Part shown: one piece after another, positions 1-12,605 of the stretch
Numbering within the stretch: position 1 is the stretch's first letter
Layout of the letters: the number at the start of each line of letters is the position of its first letter
Assembly: GCA_010093605.1 (NCBI GenBank)
Contig: MU004182.1
Coordinates: 2,155,195 to 2,219,194 of the forward strand
Reading direction: 5' to 3'
Source: Lophium mytilinum
Taxonomy: Eukaryota
Length of the DNA: 64,000 bases
Program-made: the position numbers and the translations under genes
The notes under the pieces: generated by a model
The model's database searches: none
What the model was told of the DNA's origin: nothing
The model's input: the letters and a program-made list of their open reading frames with translations, nothing else

Positions 1-1
1 G

Positions 2-178
2 CCGGGCTGGTATCGAATTTGCTATGGTGTGCCACCATCGAAACTTACCGAGGGACTGAAGCGAATAGATAGAGTGTTGATCAATTTTACTCAGGCTGAG
101 ACGGAGAAGAATCAAAAAAGAAAGAGCATAGATGATACCGCTCTTGACAGTACTCGCGAGAAAAGGATCAAAGTTTAG
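2..178 (+). CDS. 3' end of class I/II PLP aminotransferase (ACC-synthase-like; GliI/SirI-type C-S lyase), truncated by window edge
   Basis: Frame 2 is open from base 2 and reads PGWYRICYGVPPSKLTEGLKRIDRVL...KV* (TAG 176-178). PGWxRI...L.EGL.RI is the typical C-terminal motif of ACC-synthase-like enzymes. Convergent with a GliP-like NRPS. Not in the ORF track. Confidence 0.7.
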   Translation, partial: PGWYRICYGVPPSKLTEGLKRIDRVLINFTQAETEKNQKRKSIDDTALDSTREKRIKV

Positions 179-354
179 AATAGTACATATACCCATTCCA
201 TAATATTCATCCTTCAAAAGGACGCGCAGAGCTTGAAAACTGTGCCCAATGCGGTTTCATCAACCCAAAACTCCATATCAACTAAAGCCCAAATACGACG
301 AAGATTTTAACAAGGAAATAATACTGATGTTCGTCAGACGAGAGGCCCGCCCAT

Positions 355-3300
355 CTAACACAACAAATTAGACCTCGCTGCATCCAACGCGTCCAGCGGT
401 GTCCCATCCTGCAACAAGACAACAATAGCCGGCAGTACCTCTTTGATCTGATCTACAACTACTCCACTCACGAGCGCCGTATCGTACTCAAGCTCGCAGG
501 AAACACCCTCCCCAGTCTCCGTGAACTCCACCAGAAGTGGAAACTTGGACCCACTAGGTTTATAATGCGCTTCTGTAACTTGAACTTCTGGCAGTTGGAA
601 TGCTTCAGAAGCAGAGTCCTCGAACCTATTGTAGGTCACCAGTACATCAAAAAGCGCGTTGTCCCCTGCGATTTTTCGTATTTCGCGGTAGGGAATAGAG
701 TGCGACAGAGCACCCTCGATTCCTTCTTTCGTGGCGGAGATTAACGAAGGCGCATCTTTGAAGCGATCAAGCTGGATGCGAATTGGGAGTCTGTCTAGGA
801 AGATGCCAAACATGTCTTCTGTGCCGTGCTCGGAGCGGTCGATATACGGAATCGCGAGAAGGAGGTCGTTGATTCCCAAGACAGCTTTAAGCGTAAGTGC
901 GAGTATGGAAAGACAGTACTCGAAAGAGCTTCTAGAGGCTGAATCCATCGACACATGAAAGGTATGGTTGGAAGCGTTGGCCTTATTTAACCCTGATGTC
1001 TGAGTGAACAGCCTGCGCGTGGGAGAATCCAGACATTGTCTCCAATAAAGAGTATGGCTTTCTGGTATTTTGCTGTCTTTAGAGCGATCCCATTCTGCCC
1101 ATTCGGCGTAGGATGGCTCTCGGACGGTGCTTTGAGCTCGATTGGCTGCTGCAGGTCCTTCTGTATAGTGTTCCTTAATTCTCTTAAACAGAATGTTGCA
1201 AGATGTCTTGTCAGTGATAACGTGATGCATTACGACAATCATTGTTATATGAGAGGCGTGTTCTAGAAGAGCGATCCTTATCGGGTGATCCGTTGAGAGG
1301 TCAAATGGCTTATCCACCAATTCCATGAAAATTGGCCGCAAAGCTTCCCTGGACCAGCAAGGCATCGAGACCCGTTCAATCGACACCGGATCCTTCGATA
1401 TAGCGCGTTGCAAAAAACCGCCCCTGCGTTGGTAAAGGGTCCTGAAAATAGCATTCTGGTTGACGACCGCGTCGATTGACCGCTCTAGCCTCTCCAAGTC
1501 CACATTTCCGTGCAATTGAAGCATGTACGGCACATTGAAACTTTGAGGGGTCGTCGACGAAGAACTCAATTCGAAGATCTCTTCTTCGAGGCGCGAGACT
1601 CGGTTTGATGAGGTTGGTATGGATTTCCAGCTTGCTAAAAATGATTGGGATTGTTCTCCCTTCAGAGACTCTTTGATCACAAACTCATCAAGCGCTGCAG
1701 CTAATGCCGACATCTTGGTGTTTCTGATGAAGATGGACAGTGGTATTGGGAACCCAAAATCCGCCGAGGTCTGTTGTGCAGCTTTGATCTGGCGAAGGGA
1801 GTTGCCACCGAGTACCATGAAGTCATCATCTAGCTCAATTTCGTCGCCATCTGAAAGTCCAATGGTTTCTCGCCAAACCTTCTCGAGCAGAGCCTGGGTT
1901 GTTGTGAGAACTTGTTTCCGCCCAGCGTTTGGAAGTAACCGGGGAGTAGTTGTGGCCATGGCTTTGAGGGCCTTTCGGTCTAGCTTCTGGTTTGGTGTCG
2001 TCGGGAAACATGGTAGTGGGATAATCGACGCTGGGCAAGCATAGCTGGGTAGTTGGTCGCGGAGTCGTTGATGCAGCAAAGCAGTATCTATGTTTTCGGG
2101 TGCAACAAAGGCGGCAACGTTCCCGTCGTCGGTTAGAGCAGCGGCGTGAGTAGCCGTAGGGCATGCTGACAAAATGGCGTTCTCAATCTCTTCCAACTCC
2201 ACACGATATCCGCGGACTTTGACCTGGTTGTCTATACGTCCCAGAAACCGAAGCTCCATATCCTCAGTCCAAACTGCAAGATCCCCGGTTCGATACATTT
2301 TCTGGCCCTGGAGGAATGGGTCGGGCCCAAAGCGCGCATCCGTCTGCGACTTCAATTCAGCCCCGATATATCCATTCATTACTTGCAGACCGGAAAGGCA
2401 TATCTCGCCGGTAACTCCAATTGGCACCGGGTTACTATGAGTATCAAGAAGATAAACTCCCACACGCGGGATGGTGCGACCCAGTGTCACCCGCTCACTA
2501 GGCTGCAGAAGCTTAAAGAGCGCACCAATAGTACACTCGCAAGGCCCATAAGAGTTGTACAGCCGCCGGTTTCCACTCCAGCGATCAGAAAGAGCTTGCG
2601 GAACTGCTTCCCCCGCAAAAAGTATGGTATCTAAGTTGCTTAAGTCATCCGGAGAGCAGACCGAAAGGAATGAAGGGGTGATCATGGTAGCATCAACGCG
2701 TTTGAGATGAGCGTAAGGATCAGAAGGGTCTTTGAGGACCAAGGTTGCGCCATAGCATAGTGTTCCGAATATCTCAGCGATGTTAACATCAAAGCCAGCA
2801 GAGAACATTTGCGCATGTCGCCTGCTTGGAGCAGCGTGCATTCTCGCGGGCTCATATGAGAGGTATGAGAGTACAGCATGATGATTGACGCGAACTCCCT
2901 TGGGTATGCCGGTCGATCCAGATGTAAAGATTACGTATGCCCAATCAGCCGGCCTGATGTTGACCTGAAGTCGCTCGGACTGTTGAGGTGGCGCGCCCCG
3001 CAGAATCTGGTGTATCGACAACGTTGGGATAGAGTTCAACGTAAAAAGGCTTTCGTACTCTTGGCTTGGGACTATGCACAGCTTTGCGTCTGAAGTTTTG
3101 GTGATAATTTCCATCCGTTGAGGAGGCAGCTTGGTGTCGAGAGGAACATATATAGCTCCGCACTTAATGATAGAGATAACCCCAATAAGCCAATTCAAAG
3201 ATCCATCACTGACCAGAGCAACAGCTTCTCCAGGTTGCACGATCTGTGCGATATAATGAGCAAGAGAGTTGGCGGTCCTATCTAGTTCGGAGTAGGTCAT

Positions 3301-6300
3301 GGATCGTGAGATTGACTCCACAGCGACGTGATCAGGCCATGCGTCTGCAGCACGCTCGAGGCTTTGTTTGAGATTTTCTGGTCCACGATATTCGTCAGAA
3401 CGTGAGGGTGAATTGCGTGTCAAAGAAAGGAGCTCCCGCTGGTCGAGCATTCTTTGACGAATACTTGGAAGATCTTGACAGCGGGTATCCAGGAGGGCTT
3501 GAATGAGGTTCTGAAAATGCCTTAGCATCCTGTTGATTACTGAATCGTCGTACGACGACTTTTGTGTAAGCGCGCGAAGAGCGAAATGGCCTTTGGAAGC
3601 CTCCACTAAAATCGTCAAGCCAAATTCGGGCATGTCTTTACGCGTAAGATTGAAATGGCCCAGCTTTTCGTCCTGTAACTCGGAGAATACATCCGGTAGG
3701 TTATATTCGAGAAACAAAATCGTGTCGTATATGCGCGCATGACTCCCTGATGCAATCTCTTTAAGTGCCTCCGCAGCAGACCATTGGTGGTCACTGATCT
3801 GAAGCAGTTGCCTCTGTACTCGACTCAAAAGGTCGCTTTTCGAGTCTATTCCTTCGAGGTCAACGGGAAAGGGACACGTGTTGATCATTGGCCCTACCAT
3901 ATTCTCTGCGCCTGCGATGGGGAAATTCCGGCCCGAGAAAACCGATCCAAAGGCGACGCGGTCTTTTGCGGAGTACGTCGCAAGTACCATTGCCCACGCC
4001 CCATATATGACCGCAGCCGGAGAGACGCCTAGACTACGAGCCTTTTCTTCAAAATCTAGAATTGAAAGGTTCAAGTCTAGCGAAGTGCTAGAAAGTTCAA
4101 CGGTAATAACTTTTGATTCCGGTTTGGGTAAATGCAAGGGAGTACCTTCCAAGAAGCCTTCCATGGCGTTGGACCAGAATTCAATTGACTCATGATGCTT
4201 TTCTTTGATATGAAACTCAAGATTCTTCGCGAAACTGCAGAATTGAGGAGGCTGCGGTAGTGTCTGTCCCGAGATAATCGACCGCAACTCTCTAATCAGT
4301 ATTCCAAAAGACCACCCATCAACCCGACTGTGGTGTACCAACCAGAGGAGGGTAGATTTTGAACCTGGTGCTCTAATGAATCGGAAAGCGTTGACCGGGG
4401 AGAACAATTTTTCGGACCCATGATATTTCGGTAGAGCCAGTAGAGCTTCAGACTCTCGGTCTATGACGCTTTCCAGCTGATCCGTAGCAACAATGGTCTC
4501 TTGCCAGTCGACATTGCAGTTATTTTCAACTATTTGAGTACCGTGAGAAGTGTCGAAAGAAGTTCGAAAGATCGAATGTCTAGCGAGCACTGACTCCCAA
4601 GCATCTTTCAATTCACTTGAGCTGAAGTTTTCTTCGCCCGTCTCAAAATTGATAGACACTAACATGTATGATGTGAGACTCTCTTGTAGAGAGGATCGAA
4701 TCATTCCCATTTGCACATCCGTGATAGGTACTCTTGACTCCTGATGGGCGTCGCATATTAGGGTACCCTTCCGGCAGTGACTTGGAGGCGCAGTGGCGGG
4801 GATTCCAGTGGCTTTCAATGCCTCAGATATAGCTATTATGCTAGGAAGTAGGTATAGGCGTTCCAAGCTGATCGAAAGCTGCCGCTCGTGGAGGAGCGAA
4901 AGAAGTTTGATCGCCGCCAGAGAATTTCCTCCAAGGTCCCAGAATGACGCATCATCTACAATATCTCCTAAAGGTAGATTTAAGGCCAAGGAAATAGCAG
5001 ATCTCAGGAAGCCAAGCGGTGTATCTGTGGCGTTTGATAGCTCGGCCGAGTGAACAAGTTCGAGGTCGAGATTCCTCCGAAGAGCCTTGACATCGACTTT
5101 TCCACTTGAAGTTAACGGAAACGCCGGCACGGCCTTGATGAGATCCGGAACATGGAAGGTGTCATGAATGCTCGAGATTTTGAGCCGCAGATCGTGAACA
5201 TCCACAGATTCAGGCATCACATACGCCACGAGCCTTCGATGGTGCATAAATGCTGTCGCAGCGTGAACTTCAGTATTTCCCAAAAGCGGCGGAACGACAT
5301 CAGCCTCTAGGTTGATGAGAAAGCCTCGATTCTTGACCAAACTATCTTTTCTACCGAGAAAAGATATGCCGTCAGATGTGCGTCTCCCATAGTCTGATGT
5401 ACGGTAAAGTCGCGTTCCGTTCCAGTGGATGAATTTCTCTTCCGTGAGGGCTTCGTTCTGGTAATAGCCGAGCCCAACGATAGGACCGCCAATACAAATT
5501 TCTCCTTCCAACGCCTCTTGGAGATTGGAATCCAAGAGAATCATTTGACATCCTTTCATGGGTCTTCCAAGAGATATTGGCAAATCTGGTCTCAACTCGG
5601 CTTGACTGGCTGCAATGGTGGTTTCCGTAGGGCCATACGCGTTGAGTATTCGACGGCTAGGTGACCACCACTTTCGGATGAGGTGAGGACTAGGTGATTC
5701 TCCGCCCATACATATAGTATGGATATGGTTGTAAAGATGGGGCTCCTGAAGAGCGTCAAGAAGAGATGGGGCGCATGGCAGAACAGTACAGAGCTCCGCA
5801 TCCCTCATGAATGTGTCAGAATCAGAAAGCATCAAATGGCCTCCATGTCCCAGTGTACTAAAGACAGCTCCAGTGTACGCTAAGCATATATCAGTACTGT
5901 CATCAATCTTGATTGGTAGTTGACATACCGTCGAAAGCGATTGAGAAGAGAACAAGTACCGTGTCGGCAGAGGTAACGCCAAAGTCATAATGATGTACGA
6001 AATGAATGAGATTTTCGTTAGAGATTAAAACACCCTTCGGTATTCCTGTCGTCCCAGATGTGAATATTGTGTACGCTGGATCTTCTCTGCGAGCAACAGG
6101 GGAAAGGCTTGTTCTTGCTGAGGCAGGGGTCCTTTTGGAGTATACAGCATCCCAAATCTCCAGGCCGGTGATTGTACCTTCGTGATAAGGCGATGATTCT
6201 ACGTCTGTAACAATGATCACCCTCGCATCAATGATAGAGAGAACTGTATTGGTCCGTTCCGAGCTCCAGCTTTCGACATCAACGGGAACGTAGCAAGCTC

Positions 6301-6577
6301 CAATACTTATAATGGCAAGTAGACAAGCGACCATCTCTGGGCATCTTGACGTTAAAATCGGAACACAGTCTCGTGGCTGCACTCCGCGCTCTTTCAAGAT
6401 CATCGCAATCCTTGCAGCTGCCGATTCCAAGTCGCCATACGTGAGTTTGGAATCGCCGTGAGAGACCGCGATACGATCAGGGAAAGCTTGCGCATGTATT
6501 TGGAAAAGATCGCAGACCGATTCCGGTAGACCCTTAGAAATGACATCTGGCGAGTTCTGTGGAGCGATTGATCCCAT
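355..6577 (-). CDS. Bimodular diketopiperazine NRPS (A-T-C-A-T-C), GliP/SirP-like
   Basis: ORFs 5903-6577 and 355-5988 are joined by a 49-nt GTATGT...TTAG intron (5880-5928), giving FD-AYTG. Two A domains (FTSGTTGIPKG, NAYGPTE; FTSGSTGIPKG, NSYGPCE, YRTGD), two T domains (FWDLGGNSL, FMVLGGNSL) and two C domains (HHSRVDG, HHVITD). No terminal third T domain seen. Confidence 0.92.
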
Positions 6578-8042
6578 CTTGAGGCCGCGAGTATCACCGT
6601 TTCCGAAAGCGAAAAATCAAGCGCACAAACCGTAGCTTCTATGAGTACGAGGATGAATAGGAAAGAAAATGAGGCGTGAAGAAAGAGGGTACTGGTAAGC
6701 TTGTGCGTTTCTGCTGACAAGTGGCACGCTGGTGCCATCAAATCTGACCACTGTAAGCTAAACCCAAAGCAGGGTATAAGACCAACCTCACCATATTACG
6801 ATCGATTGCACAGCTAGTGGATTAAGTTGAGGTCTTTCTGATCAGTAGCAACGCTGTGGACACATTCACGTGGTGTACCCATTCGACGGGATTATCCTTT
6901 CCGCACGTTATGCAGTTCACGGACCGATGATTAGGTTCAACGTGACCGGGACCACGAGAGCACCCATCTGGGGTTGGTACCCTGTTGGTTCCTGCATTGC
7001 GCACCCTTGGCTGGGATTCGTTAGTTGCGTTCGGGGAATATAAGTCGGAATCTTCAATCCTTCGGTCAATATTTTATTCCGGCTTCTGCGTCTTACACCG
7101 GGCTGCCGACCCCAGAATATTTGAAACATATCACGCCAAAGGTGGTCGGAAGTAAGGAATTAGTAAATGAGTAAGAATCTGAGGACGTGATACCCTCGCA
7201 GCGCGAAAATCTTCGTTCTCAATGATGAGCTGGCCGACAGGCGGTATTGACTGAATCCAGGAAGAATAGGAGCAGAGTAATGACGCTAGGATTGTTAGTT
7301 CTTTGGGTCTAGAGTGCGAAAATGATGAGGCCCGTCTGTACTCAAAAGTGACTGACTGACAGTCGTGATGCATGAGTGATGAGTTCCCGGTCGCCTTCGC
7401 AGGCCGCCCTACCAGAAATAGGGTCTTGCTGACTACCCAGCCCTAGATCAGATAGAGACTAGGGCAAGAATCCCCCTCCTCTGCCCTCCGCATGGGGACA
7501 CAATTGACCCTCGGAAGCCATATCAAAAGCCATTCAAAGCTACAAACAGCCATTTCGAGAGCTTTCAGATGCTTTTTGCAGAGGACTGGCTACGGAGTTG
7601 CCCAGCTGCCTTCCCAAGAAAGGCTAATGCAAGCATCAGCTACCACCACAACGCCATGATCAGGAACAGCCGAGTCTCGAACCCTCGAAGAGATGCACCC
7701 GTGGTTATCAGACTCGCCAGCGCACCTCGATCCAAGTAGAATTTGCGGGTTATGAGACGGCTGCGGCTGCGGCTGTATGGGCGAGTTTCTTTGGAACCTG
7801 AACCATTTCCAGCTCCCAGCCAGCCTGGCGAAAGCCACGAGGGCGTGCCTGAGCTGCGTTGGGATACCATGATTTGCAGACTAATCGAGGTGATCCGGTG
7901 CGCGTCATGTCGCGATCAAATCGTCTAGCTATGTAGGTACTGTACGGCTGCTTGCTTGTGGTTATAAAAGCACTGAAGTTCCCTTTGCTGATTAAGATAT
8001 CGACCTGAACACTGCCATTCAATCATTCTTACGATCTTCAAT

Positions 8043-8643
8043 ATGCGTTTCCTCACCACAGCCCTCCTCGCGCTCATCGCCTCAACCACAGTAGCAGTCG
8101 CGCTGCCCGAAAAGGGCAAAGATGAGAAGCACGGCGACGACGACCACTGCCTCAAAGACTTTGAAGTCAGCGAGCTCGCTGTCAAGTGGCTCCTCGTCTG
8201 GTCGACCGACCCCAGCCCTAAGAAGTCGGATCTCCAGAAGATTCTCACGCCCAACATTGCGAGCTACGACGAAGCCTTCGGGGGCCCGACACTCAGCCTT
8301 GACGAACTCTGGGACGTCATTACGGCGCCCGGTCCCTACACCACGGGCGACATAAAGCAATTCCCGCTATTCACGTTCCATTCGTGTGATCAGATAGGTG
8401 TTCGATGGGGATATACTGCTGTCACTACCGGTTTTGAGTCGTGAGCTGTCTCTGCGTTGTTTATTTTGGAGGACCGATTTGCTAACGGGTGATTCAAGGA
8501 CTGTGCCCGTTGGGACGAAGGTCGAGCTTAAGGGCATTGACATCCTCCATGTGGATCTCAAGACACGGAAGATTTTCAATGCGACGTCCTCGGCTGACTG
8601 GATCAACCTTGCGCGGCAGCTTGGGCAGACCGTCCTTATCTAG
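8043..8643 (+). CDS. Small secreted protein with probable NTF2/SnoaL-like fold (~180 aa)
   Basis: Signal peptide MRFLTTALLALIASTTVAVA. Intron 8441-8498 (GTGAGC...GCTAAC...AAG) joins ORFs 8043 and 8398. The pattern CDQIGVRW...VELKGIDILHVD...KI is SnoaL/NTF2-like. Confidence 0.7.
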
Positions 8644-8830
8644 GTTTGGTAATACGAAGGTGGAGGGTCGGATGGACAGAGCTGCAAATAAAATTGCATT
8701 CAATACGTTCCTTATGAATGAATGTATACGCTGCACGTGGGCCAAGAAACATGCAAACCATACATTTGAAAAAGCTGGGTATATTTTACAATAATGTCGA
8801 ACGCTGTGCGGGCGCATTTTTTGAGGGCGT

Positions 8831-9838
8831 TTAGCCAAACATGGATTTTTGACCGAGCCGCTCTGCGATGACTTGTGTAGAAGCCCCCATTCCCGCCAAA
8901 GATCCAACTGAGATTGCAAGCGGAATGTTCTTCATAGGCAAACAATTGTCGCCCGCAGCGAATACGCCCTGAACGCTCGTCTGGTAGAAAGGTGGTCCCG
9001 CTTTGATGTCGCTGCCTTGCATAGCAACTCCCAGTTGCTCTGCGAATGGGCCTTTCAGTTTTGTAGGAGGCGCATGGGCTAAAAATCCCTCTGTGACCTC
9101 GGAGCCGTCCTCGAACTCGATCGTGACTTCAGCGTTCTTAGGCCCTTTCTTGAATGACTTGATGCGCCGGGAGTCCGATTTCATCTTGCCCGTGTTTCCA
9201 AAAGCCGATTGCATGCTAGTAGCAAGCTCTTCCGCACCGTTAGTATATATCGTCACAGATTTACTGAGCGAAGTCGCTTGTCGGGCGACATGGAGGCCAA
9301 ACGGGACGTTGGCGAGACCTCCGATTGCGAGGACACCAGAAGAAGCGCAATTACGCTCTTCATAGCCTTTGCAAAACAAGCAATGAAATCTGTCCAATCG
9401 TCAGTCAAAGCTAGCAGCTGATGTATGTGGCTTGAAGACTGACATTCCAGTACCCCAGCAGTCGGCATAGCCCTCGATATCTGGGAAGATATCTTCAACA
9501 CCAGTAGCCAAAATCAGCTTCAATCCCGTCCAAATTTTGCCATCACTATCCGTAGCCTCAAAATGCCCCTCTTCAGTCTTCTTGACACCTGCTATCGTGA
9601 CGCTGTGTAGCGATACCGAGTCGTAGCGGGAGATGATGTTCTCCACTGCGGTGCCACGGAATTTGACGGGGTCGACATGGTCGAAGCCTGGAAGCATGTG
9701 CATATAGTCGGCATCCTGATTTCGATAGACCCCGCTGTCAAATATCTTGACAGTATGTGCTTGCCGCGCTAGCGAAAGCGCGGCAGAGAGGCCGGCTGGA
9801 CCGCCGCCAATGATTAGGACGTCTGTAGTTGGTGCCAT
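8831..9838 (-). CDS. FAD-dependent thiol/disulfide oxidase, GliT/SirT-like (thioredoxin-reductase fold)
   Basis: DVLIIGGGPAGL, LILATG, VFAAGD. Intron 9390-9443 (GTCAGT...CTGAC...CAG) restores GIFHCLFCKGYEER, the CLFC motif of GliT-type enzymes. Confidence 0.88.
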
Positions 9839-10766
9839 TACTTGGCGTTGAAGAATCAGTTGAGGAGGGCCGTTTATTTAGTGGAAGAGTGTATGTTGTT
9901 TTAAGAAGCCTACTTCAGATCAGAGTCATGGCCTATAAGCCCCAATGCTCATGTCTAGTGCGAGTCCGAAAAATATACGCCGAGTGAGGGGGCCGAAACA
10001 CCCATGACCGGGGAGCATCCAAGAGGCATTGGCGAATCTGCTAGAACGGGCATCTAAGCCCTTCCGACTGTTGTATCATTCTTCATGGTCCTGCGAGTGC
10101 TCCTGATGGGTTGTTGGGTGGATATAGTGCAATTCGTCGGGATGAGGGTCGTGATGGGTAAGATAGGTAGAGTGTCCATGTATAGTCGGGATACCACACT
10201 GCGGCATACCAAGAGAAATCAGTAAGCTGCTCCACCTCAAGCCCGCAAGACTTACATACCTGGCTGCGTTCAATTGATGGTGTTCCGTCCTGAGTGGTGC
10301 TGAAAGATCGTGATGTTCACTCATGAGAGATGACGAGGGGAAGTCCGAGCGCCCAAATGTAACCAGCTCGAATCCATCCATCCCTCAACCCTATCACTAT
10401 ACATACTTCTTTCCCTATGTCCATGTGATAATTGCAAGCTATCTCTCTAGAATCACCCCACACGTTAAAACCCCCGGCTTAAAGCCAGCACAGCCGCCCG
10501 ACTAAGCACCGCAAAGTCTTGACCAATCATCCCCCCTGGTTCGCAGCTTATGACCACCTCCGGACTCCGTGAGAGTCATGTCGATCGTAGGATCCTACGA
10601 CGCACGAGGACACTCACATGCATATTTAAAGCTAGAATGACGGATGTTATGGAATATACGACATCTGCAGTACACAACGCTCTCAAAATTCTCTCTACTT
10701 TCTTTATTCTATTCTAGCCTAGCGCAAATCTAGCCGTACAGGTACCAATATCAAACTCCACCAGTC

Positions 10767-11048
10767 ATGGAGGCCATCAGCAACATGCACAACGCTACTA
10801 TACCCTCGGCCTTCCAAGATACGACCATCACCCTCGCTGGGGACGTCTCGCACATCCAATACGTCATCTTCTCATGGATGGCCATCTTCTTCCTCGTTGG
10901 CATCTTGAAGAGGGCGAAAACCTGGGTGCGTGCGATCAATGTCGCACTTTCTGTACTTTACGTATCAATAGCAGGTGCGTAGACGACTAAATGAACGTTG
11001 CTTCAATGCTCGGTGCTGATCGATGGGATAGGTGCCCATTATCACTAG
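10767..11048 (+). CDS. Possible small membrane protein (hypothetical)
   Basis: 71-aa ORF with two hydrophobic stretches; possible intron ~10975-11031. No family recognised. Confidence 0.25.
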
Positions 11049-11534
11049 CTAGCTGTACCACGACACGACTTTAGACGAATTTCTCATTTTTCAGCCTTGA
11101 GGACCTGGAGAGGCTGTCAGGATGGCGCCGGAGTTTTGCGTTAGCGAAGCCTACAGACTTCTTTGCACCGATTACTGAGCCTTGGGGCTGCGCTTATGGT
11201 TTTCAGGAAGAACCCTCCAAACATACGGATTCCATGTTGCATTTGATAAGCAGGATTCATGAGAGCTCATGGAATTTCGTTTTCACAGTGTCTGTCGCAG
11301 GCTCCGTGGAAGCTCGATGCTTAGGTTCGAGACACGTGGAGGAATGTTTGGTATGACTTGGGCATATCGGCGTCACGCGACACCGCCGGCGCTTGAATCC
11401 TGAGCACATGCAGCTTAAACAGCTTCGGCGATAGTGTACTACAACTACTGATAAAGTAGCAAATCCCTATGTACCTTCTGTCTAAGTATGTATGTACAAG
11501 TGAACGTAATTTCACATGAACACCCCAACTTCGT

Positions 11535-11994
11535 CTACGCCCAAAACATTCTCGCCAACATTTTAGCCGCTGCGACTATCCGCTTTGTTATATCCGGGAG
11601 ATAGGTTAGGAATCCTTTCTGACAATCGTTCTCAGCCTCCGCCTTGTCCGCATCGCTGGTCCCATCGGGGAACGTCACACGTGGTGTCGAATAGTCCAAC
11701 TCCATGATCTGGGCAAAGATAGCGAGGAAAGCTGTGGATGACTTAGAAACATGACCATGATGAGTAGATCCAATTAGTTCTGGTTCGGCTTACCAAATTA
11801 TCGGCATTTTTGATGGCATCCTGTGCTTCTTTTACAATTACGTTGGTGTACCCGTAAGGCTGTGGTTGGACATCCGCGATGTCGTCGCGTACTGCGTGAG
11901 CAAGCTACGAGACAGTTAACTATGGCCTCTGCTGCGTTTGCTTCGTTGTACTGACTTCATGAAGTATGGTATGGGACACTAGATCCGAGAGCAT
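11535..11994 (-). pseudogene. Remnant of HExxH zinc metallopeptidase (M35/aspzincin-like)
   Basis: Manual splicing across a GTCAGT...TAG intron (~11905-11956) gives HTILHE-LAHAV...IADV...YGY...AIKNADNL. The second intron (11732-11793) joins out of phase with the FLAIFAQIMELD exon, and in-frame stops lie upstream. Confidence 0.6.
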
Positions 11995-12605
11995 GTCGAT
12001 TGGACGAAAATAATGGGCCGTTGGTTAGGCAGGACAGGGGCGCGATGAGAAAGAAAGTTAGGAAGACGTGATGAGATCGGAAACTGGGTTGGGTGATCGC
12101 TAAACGAATTGATCGGGAGTTTGCTACAGCAGTTGAAGATGTGGAGGTACAGTTGACTCCGGACTTTGAAGGAAGTCAACACGTATTTAACAATTGCTCT
12201 TCATTGCGAAATACGATCATCTTCCATGGCCCATACCAGTTGTTGCGCACTGTTTCACGGATTTGGTGCAAAATGCCTTGGTGTATTGTCAAATTTAGAC
12301 ATACAATCAGCAATACTTTACGACATCGTGTCGTTGAGCAATAGGTGACTCACATGCCACGCATTCAGCAGCTACGTCCGCCCATCCTTTCATATATTTC
12401 CTTCACTTAACGTTCTTCTAAAACACACACACACACACTCCATTTCCTTTTCTTGTGGAAATCCATAAGTTACCGTCCAAATAGACTGCCTCCAAAGATC
12501 TAGAACCACACCCCAACCCCACAACTAGCGCCGATCTCCCGCAACGCCACAGATCAAACCCCCCCACCTTAACCACAACGACACCTCGAGGGTCCAGTCC
12601 CCACA

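Noticed and set aside
6578..10700. GliZ-type TCGG-N3-CCGA binding sites in the ETP promoters
   Set aside because: Only imperfect matches found by eye (e.g. ~7099, ~7511, ~10560); not supportable.
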